Shown: in pieces, positions 49,919 through 59,344 of the stretch
Position numbering within the stretch: the stretch's first letter is position 1
Layout of the letters: every line of letters starts with the position of its first letter
Assembly (NCBI GenBank): GCA_001780275.1
Contig: MFGB01000005.1
Location: forward strand, 84,306-148,305
From: Candidatus Falkowbacteria bacterium RIFOXYA2_FULL_47_19
GTDB taxonomy: Bacteria; Patescibacteriota; Patescibacteriia; Patescibacteriales; UBA12075
DNA length: 64,000 bases
Direction: 5' to 3'
Position numbers and translations under genes: made by a program
Notes under the pieces: generated by a model
What the model was told of the DNA's origin: nothing
What the model saw: only the letters and a program-made list of their open reading frames with translations
The model's database searches: none

Positions 49919-51802
49919 TTATTGGTTTTCTAACACAGCCTTAATCCTTCTGGTGCCGGAGCCCGAGGACTCTTCCTTCTTTATCTTGAACTTTCCCAAA
50001 GAGCTGGTGTTGTCCACATGGGGCCCGCCGCAAATTTCTTTGGAAAAAATATTATTCCCCTCGCCCACCGTATAAACCTTCACTTTTTCGCCGTATTTTG
50101 ACTCGAATACTCCTTCCGCGCCGTAAACGCGGGCTTCATCCAGGGTCATTTCCTCATATTTTACGGGAAAACCGCCGGCGATCGCCTCGTTTACGAGGCG
50201 TTCTACCGCTTGCTTTTGCTCGTCGGTCATTTTTTCCGGATGGGAAAAATCAAAACGCAAACGTTCGGCCGTTATATTCGAGCCTTTTTGATGCACGTGA
50301 TCTCCCAGAACGCGCCGCAAGGCAGAGAGCATAAGGTGGGCGGCGGTGTGCAACTTCGTTACCTCCTCGCTATGGTCCGCCAATCCGCCCTTGAATTTTC
50401 CGGCGGCGGCCGTGCGGGACATATCCTGGTGCTTCTGCATTTGCCGATTATATTCGCCCATCACTGAATCTTTGTCGTATTTTATATTATTCCTGTCTAA
50501 TTCTTCGAAGAACATTTCCAGGGGAAATCCGTAAGTCTGGAAAAGATTAAAGGCGTCTTGCCCGGTAACTTTGCCGGAGTCCATTTTTTCGAACTCCTTT
50601 AATCCCTTGTTCAATGTTTTGGCGAACTTCGTTTCCTCTTCATCAAGGTTATTTATGATGAATTTTTCGTTCCGTGCTAATTCCGGATAGATCTCCCGAT
50701 ACTTCTCTATTACGATCCCAGCCGCCTCTTTCGTCCAATGATCTTTATTTATGCCGATCTGCTTCCCGTATCGGACGGCTCTCCGTATAAGCCGGCGCAC
50801 CAAATAACCCTGGTCAGTGTTCGAAGGCGCTACGCCCTTGTCGTCTCCCATTATAAAGCAGGCGGCTTTCAGGTGGTCGGCGATCACTTCGAACGAGCTC
50901 ATGTTGTCTCGGTATTTTTTACCGCCCGAAAGCAGGGTTATCTTTTCTAAAATGCCGGAATAAAGATCGGTCTCGAAAATATTGTCCTGGCCCTGTGATA
51001 CCATGGTTATTCTCTCCAGGCCGCCCCCGAAATCAACGTTTTTCTGCGGCAAGGGCTCGAAACCCTTTTCTGTTCTCACGAATTCGATGAATACGCTGTT
51101 TCCGATCTCGATAAAACGGCCGCAGTCGCAATTCACGTGGCAGGGTTCGTCTTTCCATTTTGATTTCTCGTGACGGTTAAGTTCGGCTCCTAGATCGTAA
51201 AATACCTCCGAATCCGGTCCGCCGATCTCCCCGACGGGCATGTTGGCCGGCGCCCCTGACCGCGACCACCAGTTCTTTTTGTCGCCGTAATAGAATATCC
51301 GGCCGTCACCCATTCCCTTTTTATCGGCATCTTCGATATCGCGGGCCTCGATTCCCGTCTTTTTAAAAATTTCTTTCCATATTTCGACAGAGACCGTATC
51401 CCGCTCGACGCCGATCTCCGCGTTGCCGGAATAAACCGAAACGTAAAGCCTTTTCGGATCAAGACCGACTTCTTTCGTTAGAAATTCGAAGAACCAGGGC
51501 AGTTGTTCTTTTTTAAAATAATCGCCCAAGGACCAGTTTCCGAGCATCTCGAAAAAAGTGGAGTGGCGGTTATCCCCTACCTCCTCTATATCCTCCGCCC
51601 GGAAAGATTTCTGGGAATCGGCCAGGCGCGTTCCTTCCGGATGCTTTTCGCCCATCAGGTATGGCACGAGGGGCTGCATGCCCGAACTCGTAAAAAGCGT
51701 GGAGGGATCGTTTTCCGGCAATAAGGAGGCCGACGGGATAACGGCGTGTCCCTGTTTTTTAAAAAAATCAAGATATTTTTGTCGAATTTCCCTGGAAGTC
51801 AT
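49919..51802 (-). CDS. alaS: Alanine--tRNA ligase (short form, no C-Ala domain)
   Basis: HSTFFEMLGNWS, GGLER, HTAAH, CGGPHV; ends at RRIKA. Confidence 0.97.
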   Translation of the reverse strand: MTSREIRQKYLDFFKKQGHAVIPSASLLPENDPSTLFTSSGMQPLVPYLMGEKHPEGTRLADSQKSFRAEDIEEVGDNRHSTFFEMLGNWSLGDYFKKEQLPWFFEFLTKEVGLDPKRLYVSVYSGNAEIGVERDTVSVEIWKEIFKKTGIEARDIEDADKKGMGDGRIFYYGDKKNWWSRSGAPANMPVGEIGGPDSEVFYDLGAELNRHEKSKWKDEPCHVNCDCGRFIEIGNSVFIEFVRTEKGFEPLPQKNVDFGGGLERITMVSQGQDNIFETDLYSGILEKITLLSGGKKYRDNMSSFEVIADHLKAACFIMGDDKGVAPSNTDQGYLVRRLIRRAVRYGKQIGINKDHWTKEAAGIVIEKYREIYPELARNEKFIINNLDEEETKFAKTLNKGLKEFEKMDSGKVTGQDAFNLFQTYGFPLEMFFEELDRNNIKYDKDSVMGEYNRQMQKHQDMSRTAAAGKFKGGLADHSEEVTKLHTAAHLMLSALRRVLGDHVHQKGSNITAERLRFDFSHPEKMTDEQKQAVERLVNEAIAGGFPVKYEEMTLDEARVYGAEGVFESKYGEKVKVYTVGEGNNIFSKEICGGPHVDNTSSLGKFKIKKEESSGSGTRRIKAVLENQ

Positions 51803-51810
51803 ATTTCATT

Positions 51811-51871
51811 ACCCCTCCCGCCTCATATGATTCGGCACCCTCCCCTAATTAGGGGAGGGACGGGGAGGGGT
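51811..51871. repeat. GC-rich nested palindrome (CCCCTCCC...GGGGAGGGG), REP-like
   Basis: ACCCCTCCCG...CCCTCCCCTAATTAGGGGAGGG-ACGGGGAGGGGT in the alaS leader. Confidence 0.7.
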
Positions 51872-51976
51872 GTTAAGAGTAATATAAAAAAGTATACAGA
51901 AAAACACGCGAAAAAGCAAGAATGCGCTGACGATGCGGAATAATAAAACGGACAAAGATCATGTCCGTTGATTTAT

Positions 51977-52240
51977 TTATTTCCCCCAATCCTTGAAAAT
52001 ATCCCCGAAAGGATTTTTGCCGCCGAAAGGATTCCGGCTTTCTCTGGCTTCTTTGCGGAACATTTCCGCGCTTTTTTTCAAAAGATCCCATTTACCCTGG
52101 CAATCGGCGCAGATAAGCTTGGCGCCTTTCGCGATTTTGCTTCCCACTCTGATCCGGCCGGCGATCTTTCCGCAGATAAAGCATTTGTGATCGACCAATA
52201 CGCCGTCCTCGGTAACCCTCGTCTTCGCGTTTTCCGTCAT
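51977..52240 (-). CDS. Small putative Zn-finger protein
   Basis: CFIC...CADC; SD AAGGA. Confidence 0.65.
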   Translation of the reverse strand: MTENAKTRVTEDGVLVDHKCFICGKIAGRIRVGSKIAKGAKLICADCQGKWDLLKKSAEMFRKEARESRNPFGGKNPFGDIFKDWGK

Positions 52241-52265
52241 ACTTTAATCCTTTCCGATCGGGTTT

Positions 52266-52697
52266 TTACCATTCCTCCAGGCCTTCTTGATACTTTCGGG
52301 CGTCCTCAAAAGCAAACCGGTGCATATTGACCGCTCTTTGCGTCAAAGGCGGGCAATTCAGGGGCGGGCCAAGCGCCACCACGGCTCCGGGAACGATAAG
52401 GTACATGGACCCGTCGATTACGACGGAAAAATCGTCAACGATAAGCTTTAGCAATTCGTCCGGGCCGGTAGCGGCCAAAAAGGCGCGCCAGCCGTTCGCG
52501 TCCTGTTCGGGAAGCGGAACCGGATCGAAACCGGAAAAAAGGTCGAGCAGATATTCGTAAGCCAGGCCTTCCTCGGCGTGAACCGCGCAAATGGTGCCGC
52601 GGTCTTCGATGACGAGATCGTATCGTCCCCTTTCGATCGCTGCGGCGATCTCCGATTCGAAAATATTCTTTTCTTTCAGCACCAGGGCGGTCGGCAT
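52266..52697 (-). CDS. Hypothetical protein
   Basis: SD AAGGAG; co-oriented with the Zn-finger gene. Confidence 0.65.
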   Translation of the reverse strand: MPTALVLKEKNIFESEIAAAIERGRYDLVIEDRGTICAVHAEEGLAYEYLLDLFSGFDPVPLPEQDANGWRAFLAATGPDELLKLIVDDFSVVIDGSMYLIVPGAVVALGPPLNCPPLTQRAVNMHRFAFEDARKYQEGLEEW

Positions 52698-52754
52698 GTT
52701 CTCTCTCCTTTTTTTCGATAAAAAATATTAAAAAAATTTAACTATATCCCAGAT

Positions 52755-54221
52755 TTAAACCGACATTTTTCCCAGATCAAGGTATTGGTCGATCTTTATC
52801 TCTTTAAAGAATTCCGGCATGTGGCTCACGAGGATCAAAGCGCCTTCGTATTGATCGAGAGCGCGGGCGATCACCGGCAGATGCCGGAAATTTATGTGAT
52901 TGGTCGGTTCGTCCATGACGAGCAGGCCGGGCTTCATAAGTACCAGCCGCGCGAAAGACAGGAGACCTTTCTGCCCCTCGGAAAGGTCGGCGACGGAGCG
53001 CCCCATAAGGTCGCCGGTAATAAGGAAGCCGGCGGCAACGGCTCGCATTTCCTGGGAATCGGTCCCTTCGGCCAATACCGCCTCCAGGCAATCGAAAACC
53101 GTCTGGCCGTAATCAAGCGTGGCGAAATCCTGGCTGTAATAACCCGTCTTGACGCCGTCTTTTATGCGCACGCCCGGATTTTGCCCGTTTACCAGTTCGC
53201 GGAGCAGGGTCGATTTGCCGATGCCGTTGGGGCCGGAGATCAGCAGCCGCCCCCGTTTCCGAATAGTAATATCGGTTTCCACCGTAACCGGTTCATGGTC
53301 CTTTATGATCTTGACCGATCTTATGTTGACGATGCCGCCGCCAGTCTCTTCGATCTCCTGCGCCGGAAAAACGAAATCCCGGATCGTCTTGTCCTCCCGC
53401 CGGATATCGACCATGCTGTCTTCGAGTTCTTCGGTCTCGTCGCGCATCTTCTTGGCGAGCTTGCGCATCTTTCCCCCCTTGTAGGCGAAAAAGTTGGCTT
53501 TTTCTTTTCGGTCCTTGATCTGCTTTTCGAGCTGGGCGTTCTTTTTCTGCTCCCGTTCGATCCGGTTCTGGATCTCTTCCACGACGGAAAAATAATCGCC
53601 GACGTAGGTTTCTATCTTTTTCGTGAAAATATCAAGATAAAGCACGCCGTCGGTAAAGCAGTTCAGGAAGTCGGCGTCGTGGGAAATAACGATCACGGTT
53701 TTTTCATACATGATAAGGAAGGTGATCAGGCTGTCGATGCCGTCTTTATCAAGATTGTTCGTGGGTTCGTCAAGAAGGAGGATATCCGGATTCTGTATGA
53801 GCGCGTAAGCCAGGAGGAGCCGGGCTTGCTGGCCGCCGGACAGATCACCTACCAGGCGGTCGGTCGGCACGGTCAGGTTAACCGCCTCCATGGCCTTGCT
53901 TATCCGGCTTTTCAGGTTGGCGGGAACTTCGTAAAAAGCTTTGGCGAAGTATTCTTCGAGGTTAAGGCCGAAATCCCGGCGATTGACCGTCTGTTCCGCC
54001 ATGCCGACGGAAGCCTTGTTGGTAACATGGATCTGCCCGCTCTTGGGTTTAGCCGTTCCCGCGATAAGATTGAAAAGCGTCGATTTGCCGGCGCCGTTCT
54101 GGCCCATAAGGGTTATCTTGGCGCCCTTGCGCACGCTGAAAGAAGCCTCGTCCAATAAGGGCTTTTTATGCTGGTATTCGAATGTCACTTCGTCGAAGCG
54201 AAGGATAACTTCCTCGGCCAT
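52755..54221 (-). CDS. ABC-F family ATPase
   Basis: Two ABC domains (GQNGAGKS, LSGGQ, LDEPTN; GPNGIGKS, DEPTNH); no TM segments. Confidence 0.95.
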   Translation of the reverse strand: MAEEVILRFDEVTFEYQHKKPLLDEASFSVRKGAKITLMGQNGAGKSTLFNLIAGTAKPKSGQIHVTNKASVGMAEQTVNRRDFGLNLEEYFAKAFYEVPANLKSRISKAMEAVNLTVPTDRLVGDLSGGQQARLLLAYALIQNPDILLLDEPTNNLDKDGIDSLITFLIMYEKTVIVISHDADFLNCFTDGVLYLDIFTKKIETYVGDYFSVVEEIQNRIEREQKKNAQLEKQIKDRKEKANFFAYKGGKMRKLAKKMRDETEELEDSMVDIRREDKTIRDFVFPAQEIEETGGGIVNIRSVKIIKDHEPVTVETDITIRKRGRLLISGPNGIGKSTLLRELVNGQNPGVRIKDGVKTGYYSQDFATLDYGQTVFDCLEAVLAEGTDSQEMRAVAAGFLITGDLMGRSVADLSEGQKGLLSFARLVLMKPGLLVMDEPTNHINFRHLPVIARALDQYEGALILVSHMPEFFKEIKIDQYLDLGKMSV

Positions 54222-54275
54222 AATTTAAAAAACAACTCTCAAACGAGTTGCGGCTGAAAATCACTGAATAAAAAA

Positions 54276-54512
54276 TTAAGCTTTTGATTCGATGCGTTCC
54301 TTGATTTTTATGATTTCCGACTGCAACCGGTCATGAGCAGCCTGGTTCGATGTTAATTCTTCGTCAAAATCCTGATGTTTTCTGGCGATACCATCGACGG
54401 CCGTCAGCACTTTATCGATTTTTTGGCTCAATCTTTCTTCTGATTCCCTGATAGCTTCTTTAAGGTCATCTTTTGTAACTATTTTATTAAATTGTTCTAT
54501 CGTCATCGTCAT
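54276..54512 (-). CDS. Small coiled-coil protein
   Basis: VTKDDLKEA...KIDKVLTAVD...HDRL. Confidence 0.7.
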   Translation of the reverse strand: MTMTIEQFNKIVTKDDLKEAIRESEERLSQKIDKVLTAVDGIARKHQDFDEELTSNQAAHDRLQSEIIKIKERIESKA

Positions 54513-54775
54513 AATAATTGTCCTGATATAGCCTATAATAAACGATTAAATCTGTTTTTATCATATACTACAACACGAAATCTGTCAAACCGTTAAATTT
54601 AAAAGCAGTATTGTTTTGTTCACTCGGATTTTGGGGTAAGTTGGAAATTGCTTATGAAAAAAAACCACCTATTTGCTAAGGTGGTCGCTATATTAAGCCA
54701 ATACCCCTGGTCGTCTTCTTCAAACACGAATCATTGCTCTTCCATCAGGGCCTTCTCGTTAGAATTTGCTTTCAT

Positions 54776-55129
54776 TTACTGTTTTTTAAACCAGCAACCG
54801 CTAATAAGGGCGTTGATTCCCCTGTTGTCTTTGATGGGTTCGCCGTTTTTGGCGATGCTTAGGCGTTGATGATGGCCCGAAACCTCTATTTCCGTCATCC
54901 GCTTATCGCTATGCCGGCAATAACCGAAGGGGGCGCCGCAAGAGCACATATTTAGCGGCACCGGCAGTACCGACAAAACGACAAAGGGGCCTTCGCCGAA
55001 TTTTTCAAAAGGACCTTCGCCGAAATATAGGCGTAATTTTTCATTCAGCTCTGAATTTAGCTTATTTTTTTTCCAGACAACCGCGTCATTGACCGAAAAA
55101 TTTTCCGGGCGTTCTTCCTGCGCGTCCAT
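54776..55129 (-). CDS. Orphan hypothetical protein
   Basis: SD GGAGG; FGEGPF duplicated; CSC...C-H motif. Confidence 0.65.
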   Translation of the reverse strand: MDAQEERPENFSVNDAVVWKKNKLNSELNEKLRLYFGEGPFEKFGEGPFVVLSVLPVPLNMCSCGAPFGYCRHSDKRMTEIEVSGHHQRLSIAKNGEPIKDNRGINALISGCWFKKQ

Positions 55130-55346
55130 GGATTTACCTCCAATAATTATTTATTTGTTAAGAACCTGACATAGAATGATATTTAAATTACTATAAACTA
55201 TTTATTAAAAAATGTCAAGTCTGGTTTGCCCTAATTTTCCGGATTTTTGCATTAAAAATTTTTAAAAATACTGGACAAAAAAACCGGGCTTTAATATAAT
55301 CAAAGCACCTGTTTTTAATAAAAAGTTCATTGCAAAGGAGAGGGTC

Positions 55347-55601
55347 ATGGCAGAAGAACAAAAACAACGTCCTTTTCATGAAACAGTCATAGAAGCGTTC
55401 GATTGGTGCTCGGGTCCGCTTGACCACACGTTTCTGCTTCTCGCGCATTTGATTAAAAACACAGAAATAACAGCTAACCATGACAAGATCATTGCGAGAA
55501 TCGACGCTTTCTTTGACTTCCCGGGAGGACACGAAGAATGGGCGCCAACCATAGAAGAGCTTAAAAAAAGCATTCTTGAGCAAAAACAAAAACGATCCTA
55601 A
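55347..55601 (+). CDS. Orphan hypothetical protein
   Basis: SD AAGGAG, promoter-like TGGACA...TATAAT, downstream hairpin. Confidence 0.65.
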   Translation: MAEEQKQRPFHETVIEAFDWCSGPLDHTFLLLAHLIKNTEITANHDKIIARIDAFFDFPGGHEEWAPTIEELKKSILEQKQKRS

Positions 55602-55992
55602 ACATAATTTTAGGGCGCGTATCTATTACGACGCCTTTTTTTAATTCATAGTTTTAAAAAAACCTCTTCGTTTTTGCAAACTCAGAGGTTTTTTATTTAG
55701 AGATTAGTATTCACTTAAAAGGTAGCTACTATATCCTTTTGATTATGTTCGGTATTATCATCGCCGCTCCAAACGAATTGGTTTATTACAACCTTGTTGG
55801 CGGCCACACTCTTTATTTCCGGCGGCTCCAAATCATCTCCATAATCCCAATAAGTAATGGAATAAATATTATTATAGTTATCTGCGTCTTCGTTGATTTT
55901 CCAAACCAGAACCTTAAATCTTAACTGGTTATCCCTGGTCCCGGAAACAAATTTAAAAGCGGGTTGATGTTATCGCACCGCTTAGGATTGTG

Positions 55993-56238
55993 TCAGACCT
56001 CGTTTAAGTCTATGTCGTATGACCGATAGAGATCGTAGGTGGGGCCCAATGCGGTTCGAGGATAGGCTTGCTCCAATACCTCTGTGAGCTGGCCCCTGAG
56101 TATTTCCGCCGATTCAGCCTCCTTCACCACCTCGCCGCTTGCGAGAATGCGTTGATCTCCGTCCCGAACCCCGTCTTCATGCTCTCCGCGACCATTAACA
56201 AACTCTGTCACTTTCCACTTAACGTTAAATTTCGGCAT
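55993..56238 (-). CDS. Orphan hypothetical protein
   Basis: Start MPKFNVK with SD AAGGAGG; upstream TTGACT promoter. Confidence 0.65.
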   Translation of the reverse strand: MPKFNVKWKVTEFVNGRGEHEDGVRDGDQRILASGEVVKEAESAEILRGQLTEVLEQAYPRTALGPTYDLYRSYDIDLNEV

Positions 56239-56339
56239 ACAGACCTCCTTCTTTTTTCTATTCACATTTGAAAAGTACCCGTAAAACGATACCGAAGTAT
56301 CATGACACCCTATCATCTTTTTTATAATAAGTCAAGCGT

Positions 56340-56426
56340 TCTCGCTCTCCCAAAACAAATAAAATAATACGCCGCTTTTTGCGGCGTATTATTTTATTTG
56401 CTCGGAACTTGGGACGAAGTTGGAAC
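56340..56426. repeat. Distal direct-repeat copy of the tRNA-Gln 3' end plus terminator palindrome (att-like)
   Basis: Near-identical to 59263-59344, including the 20-bp-arm palindrome CAAATAAAATAATACGCCGC. Confidence 0.92.
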
Positions 56427-56445
56427 TTTTTTGGCTAATGGTGGT

Positions 56446-57171
56446 TTATATTTTATTATTTAGTTGAGCTTCGTATAAATTAATAAGATTTTTTTTATGC
56501 TCGTCAGACATTCTGTCATATCTTACTGATGATTTAATAACTTCCGCGACTGTTTTTACCGAGCCTGTTTCTAAAACCTTTTTGACACCTAAAGTGCAAA
56601 ATGATTTTACGTCAGTGTCATCCCCCCAAAGACAGGAGTAGCCCGTAAATAATTTCTGATGATAAACGCCCATATAAAATATATCCTCAACTACGCACAG
56701 CGGCGTGGAAATCAACACGATCGAATCTTTTTCTATATGATGCTTGGGAACAGTAAGTTTTTTATCAGCATGGCCTACTATATATTCACCGTAATCAACC
56801 GTATTTGACGCTCTTTGATAAACACATGTTTTATTTTTATTTATATCTTGCCCCGCTTTTTGATAAAAATCCGGAAGCATGATATCAATTTGACAAGGTA
56901 TGTTCCCCCAAACGAAATGCAACGCCAAACTCTGTACGGTCCCACTCAGATAAACATCAGCGGATCTTTCCGCTAAGTATTCATTCTTCGGATCTAATTT
57001 CTTACATACCTTTTTCCAGTTTTCCAAATTATCTACCGTACCCACAAGATCAATATCCGAGCTTTTCCTGAACTGACCTCCGTAAGCCAACGATCCCACC
57101 AAAAAAACCGAGTTAAATAACGGTTTAAACGATAGCCTAAACTCTTCAAGAGCTTTTTGCCAATTTTTCAT
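56446..57171 (-). CDS. Pol-beta superfamily nucleotidyltransferase
   Basis: VGSLAYG...SDIDL...QIDI; ATG 1 nt after the rSAM stop. Confidence 0.8.
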   Translation of the reverse strand: MKNWQKALEEFRLSFKPLFNSVFLVGSLAYGGQFRKSSDIDLVGTVDNLENWKKVCKKLDPKNEYLAERSADVYLSGTVQSLALHFVWGNIPCQIDIMLPDFYQKAGQDINKNKTCVYQRASNTVDYGEYIVGHADKKLTVPKHHIEKDSIVLISTPLCVVEDIFYMGVYHQKLFTGYSCLWGDDTDVKSFCTLGVKKVLETGSVKTVAEVIKSSVRYDRMSDEHKKNLINLYEAQLNNKI

Positions 57172-57172
57172 A

Positions 57173-58249
57173 TTACATGAACTTGCTTTTCCAACCCTCC
57201 CATTCTTCCACTGAAGTAACCGGTTTATCAAGGGGGCAAAGCGGATTCTTATGGTTGAAGTCTCCGTATCTATTGAAAGTGGCGGCAAAACAATCCGACA
57301 CCTTGCAATATTTGAGAAAAATACACTCACTGCATTCATCCGCCCCTTCAAATTTCCTGATATTCTTTAATGTATCCGATTTTTCCCAAATTTCGTTGAC
57401 ATCATCCTTGTTTATGTGACCCAGGCTAGTATGCACGCCAAAGCATTCGCGGATTTTTCCTTCGGCGGTTACTCCTAAATAAGTTTTTCCGCAGGTACAA
57501 TGCGGTATGCTCGATGCTGCGGGCATTTCTTTTCCGAATAAAAATTCATAACAACCGGGGAGGCATTTAATACGCATTTTATCTTTATATTTTTCTTTAA
57601 GTGCCAGTACTCTGGGTATTATTTTTTTGAAATCATCATTCGTTAAAGCGTAACTATCATCAATCTCTTTGATATTCGTGGGACTGAATGCCCTGAAGTC
57701 AAGTTCTTCGACTTCGAGTTCGTACATTTTGTTAATAATATTTTCCACATCGTTTAAGTTGGGTTTCATGATCGTAACCCTAACCTTTCTCCTGAAACCA
57801 AATTTTTTCAGATTCTTTATGGCCCTGATTATCAAATCGAAACTTTTTGTATCTGGGTTAGGCAGAAAACCGTCATTGATCTCCGCAGTTGAACCATAGA
57901 TGCTGATCCTGATCCAATCCACGCCTATTGCCTTGAGTTCTTTAATTTTATCTTCATCCAATAATACGCCGTTGGTAAACAGGCCTATTTCTTTTACGTC
58001 TTTTTTCTTGCATAGTTTTATCGCATCATTCAGGTGGGGCCAGACCAAGGGTTCTCCTCCGGTCAGAATTACCAGTCTTAATTTATTCTTTGCCGTCACT
58101 TCTTCAATGGTTTTTTTAAAATCTTCCCAGGCGATACTGGCCTTTTTTTCCATTTGTTGTTGGCAGAACCGGCAGTTAAGATTACAATTATAGGTAACTG
58201 ATATTTTTAAATAATCGAGTTTATTGCATGTTTGATATTCTTTGTTCAT
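57173..58249 (-). CDS. Radical SAM protein with SPASM domain
   Basis: CNLNCRFC, TGGEP, TNG; CTCG...GKIREC...CSECIFLKYC...C...CP. Confidence 0.93.
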   Translation of the reverse strand: MNKEYQTCNKLDYLKISVTYNCNLNCRFCQQQMEKKASIAWEDFKKTIEEVTAKNKLRLVILTGGEPLVWPHLNDAIKLCKKKDVKEIGLFTNGVLLDEDKIKELKAIGVDWIRISIYGSTAEINDGFLPNPDTKSFDLIIRAIKNLKKFGFRRKVRVTIMKPNLNDVENIINKMYELEVEELDFRAFSPTNIKEIDDSYALTNDDFKKIIPRVLALKEKYKDKMRIKCLPGCYEFLFGKEMPAASSIPHCTCGKTYLGVTAEGKIRECFGVHTSLGHINKDDVNEIWEKSDTLKNIRKFEGADECSECIFLKYCKVSDCFAATFNRYGDFNHKNPLCPLDKPVTSVEEWEGWKSKFM

Positions 58250-59174
58250 ACTTTTTATTTAAACTTTGAATATTATTGAATGCCGAAGTGTAGCTTTCGA
58301 CCGTCACCTCTTTTTCTTTGGCTATATCCAGAATTTGCCTGAACAATTTTAAATCGCCATCATAAACGGCGATTGCCTGAGGATGAAAACATCCGCCGAT
58401 ATAGATGGTTTTATTTCGTTTTTTTGATTCATCCATCGCTTTGTCCATCAACTCCGTATAATGCCCGACAATATATTTATCAACTTTCTTTTTATCCCAT
58501 TTTTGAAATTGCGGCACCCCCGGAATGTCCAGACCGGAAAAAGCCATATCCTGCCAGCCATGAGACGGCATCTCTATAAGTCCGTTAGAATATTTTCTTG
58601 GCTGGCGTATTTCATGACCGTCGAATAAGTCAGTTTTGATTTGCCAGTCTTTATTCCTCAGATCCGAGCTAACGTAGTGCATGCCGGCATTTTTGACGCT
58701 TTCTGTCAGTTCTTCGGAATTATTCAACCCCAGGGCATACCCCCTTGGCGCTCTTAATCCGATCGGCTCTTTGTGTAATATTTCGGATATAATTTCATTT
58801 GCCTTTTTTATGTCTTCAAATACCTGTCCGGGTGTCAGGGTGGGTTTATTCATTCCAACGGGTACGTGCCTGAACTGCCGATGAGAATAAGCGTGAGACT
58901 GTACATCAATCAAAGGATTATCTATGTTGAATATTTTTATTAATTCTTTATTATATAGTTTTGCGGCTTTTTCGACAAATTTTCCCAAGAGGAAGAATGT
59001 TCTGGATACCTTATATGAATCAAAAAGTGAATTCAAGCTTTTGACGATCGTTATTGTTTGATAAATTGCTGGTTTGATATCTTCTTCTTGGTGTGGTTGG
59101 TCAAACGGCGCTTCAGTATCGAATCCTAATAATAAACTCACCTTACGGAATGGTTTAACAATATTTGTTTTCAT
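58221..59174 (-). CDS. Polysaccharide deacetylase (CE4/NodB fold)
   Basis: FDTE, TFF, HAYSH, LRAPRG, FHP. Confidence 0.85.
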   Translation of the reverse strand: MKTNIVKPFRKVSLLLGFDTEAPFDQPHQEEDIKPAIYQTITIVKSLNSLFDSYKVSRTFFLLGKFVEKAAKLYNKELIKIFNIDNPLIDVQSHAYSHRQFRHVPVGMNKPTLTPGQVFEDIKKANEIISEILHKEPIGLRAPRGYALGLNNSEELTESVKNAGMHYVSSDLRNKDWQIKTDLFDGHEIRQPRKYSNGLIEMPSHGWQDMAFSGLDIPGVPQFQKWDKKKVDKYIVGHYTELMDKAMDESKKRNKTIYIGGCFHPQAIAVYDGDLKLFRQILDIAKEKEVTVESYTSAFNNIQSLNKKYEQRISNMQ

Positions 59175-59262
59175 ATAATTATACTTCTTCTCGTTAAGTA
59201 AATTTAACACAAAAATATTTAATAGTCAAAAAATTTATCTTGCTGCCGTCCGTTCGAATCCC

Positions 59263-59344
59263 TCCCGCTCCCCCAAAAACAAATAAAATAATACGCCGCT
59301 TTTGCGGCGTATTATTTTATTTGCTCGGGGACAGGGATTCGAAC
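59263..59344. repeat. Proximal direct-repeat copy (tRNA-Gln 3' end plus palindromic terminator)
   Basis: Pairs with 56340-56426. Confidence 0.92.

Noticed and set aside
49919..51802. AlaRS truncation as a pseudogene
   Set aside because: Aminoacylation and editing motifs are intact with a clean stop; short AlaRS forms are known.
54690..54775. TGA read-through (genetic code 25 or selenocysteine) suggested by an in-frame TGA
   Set aside because: No conserved gene has internal TGA codons, and TGA ends ORFs elsewhere (e.g. 7832, 62711); more likely decay.
57173..58249. Prokaryotic viperin or RiPP maturase assignment
   Set aside because: It has a full SPASM cysteine set, unlike viperins, and no precursor peptide or PqqD/RRE domain is visible; function left open.
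59252..59275. Additional intact tRNA on the + strand
   Set aside because: Only a T-loop and acceptor 3' fragment; no D or anticodon arms.
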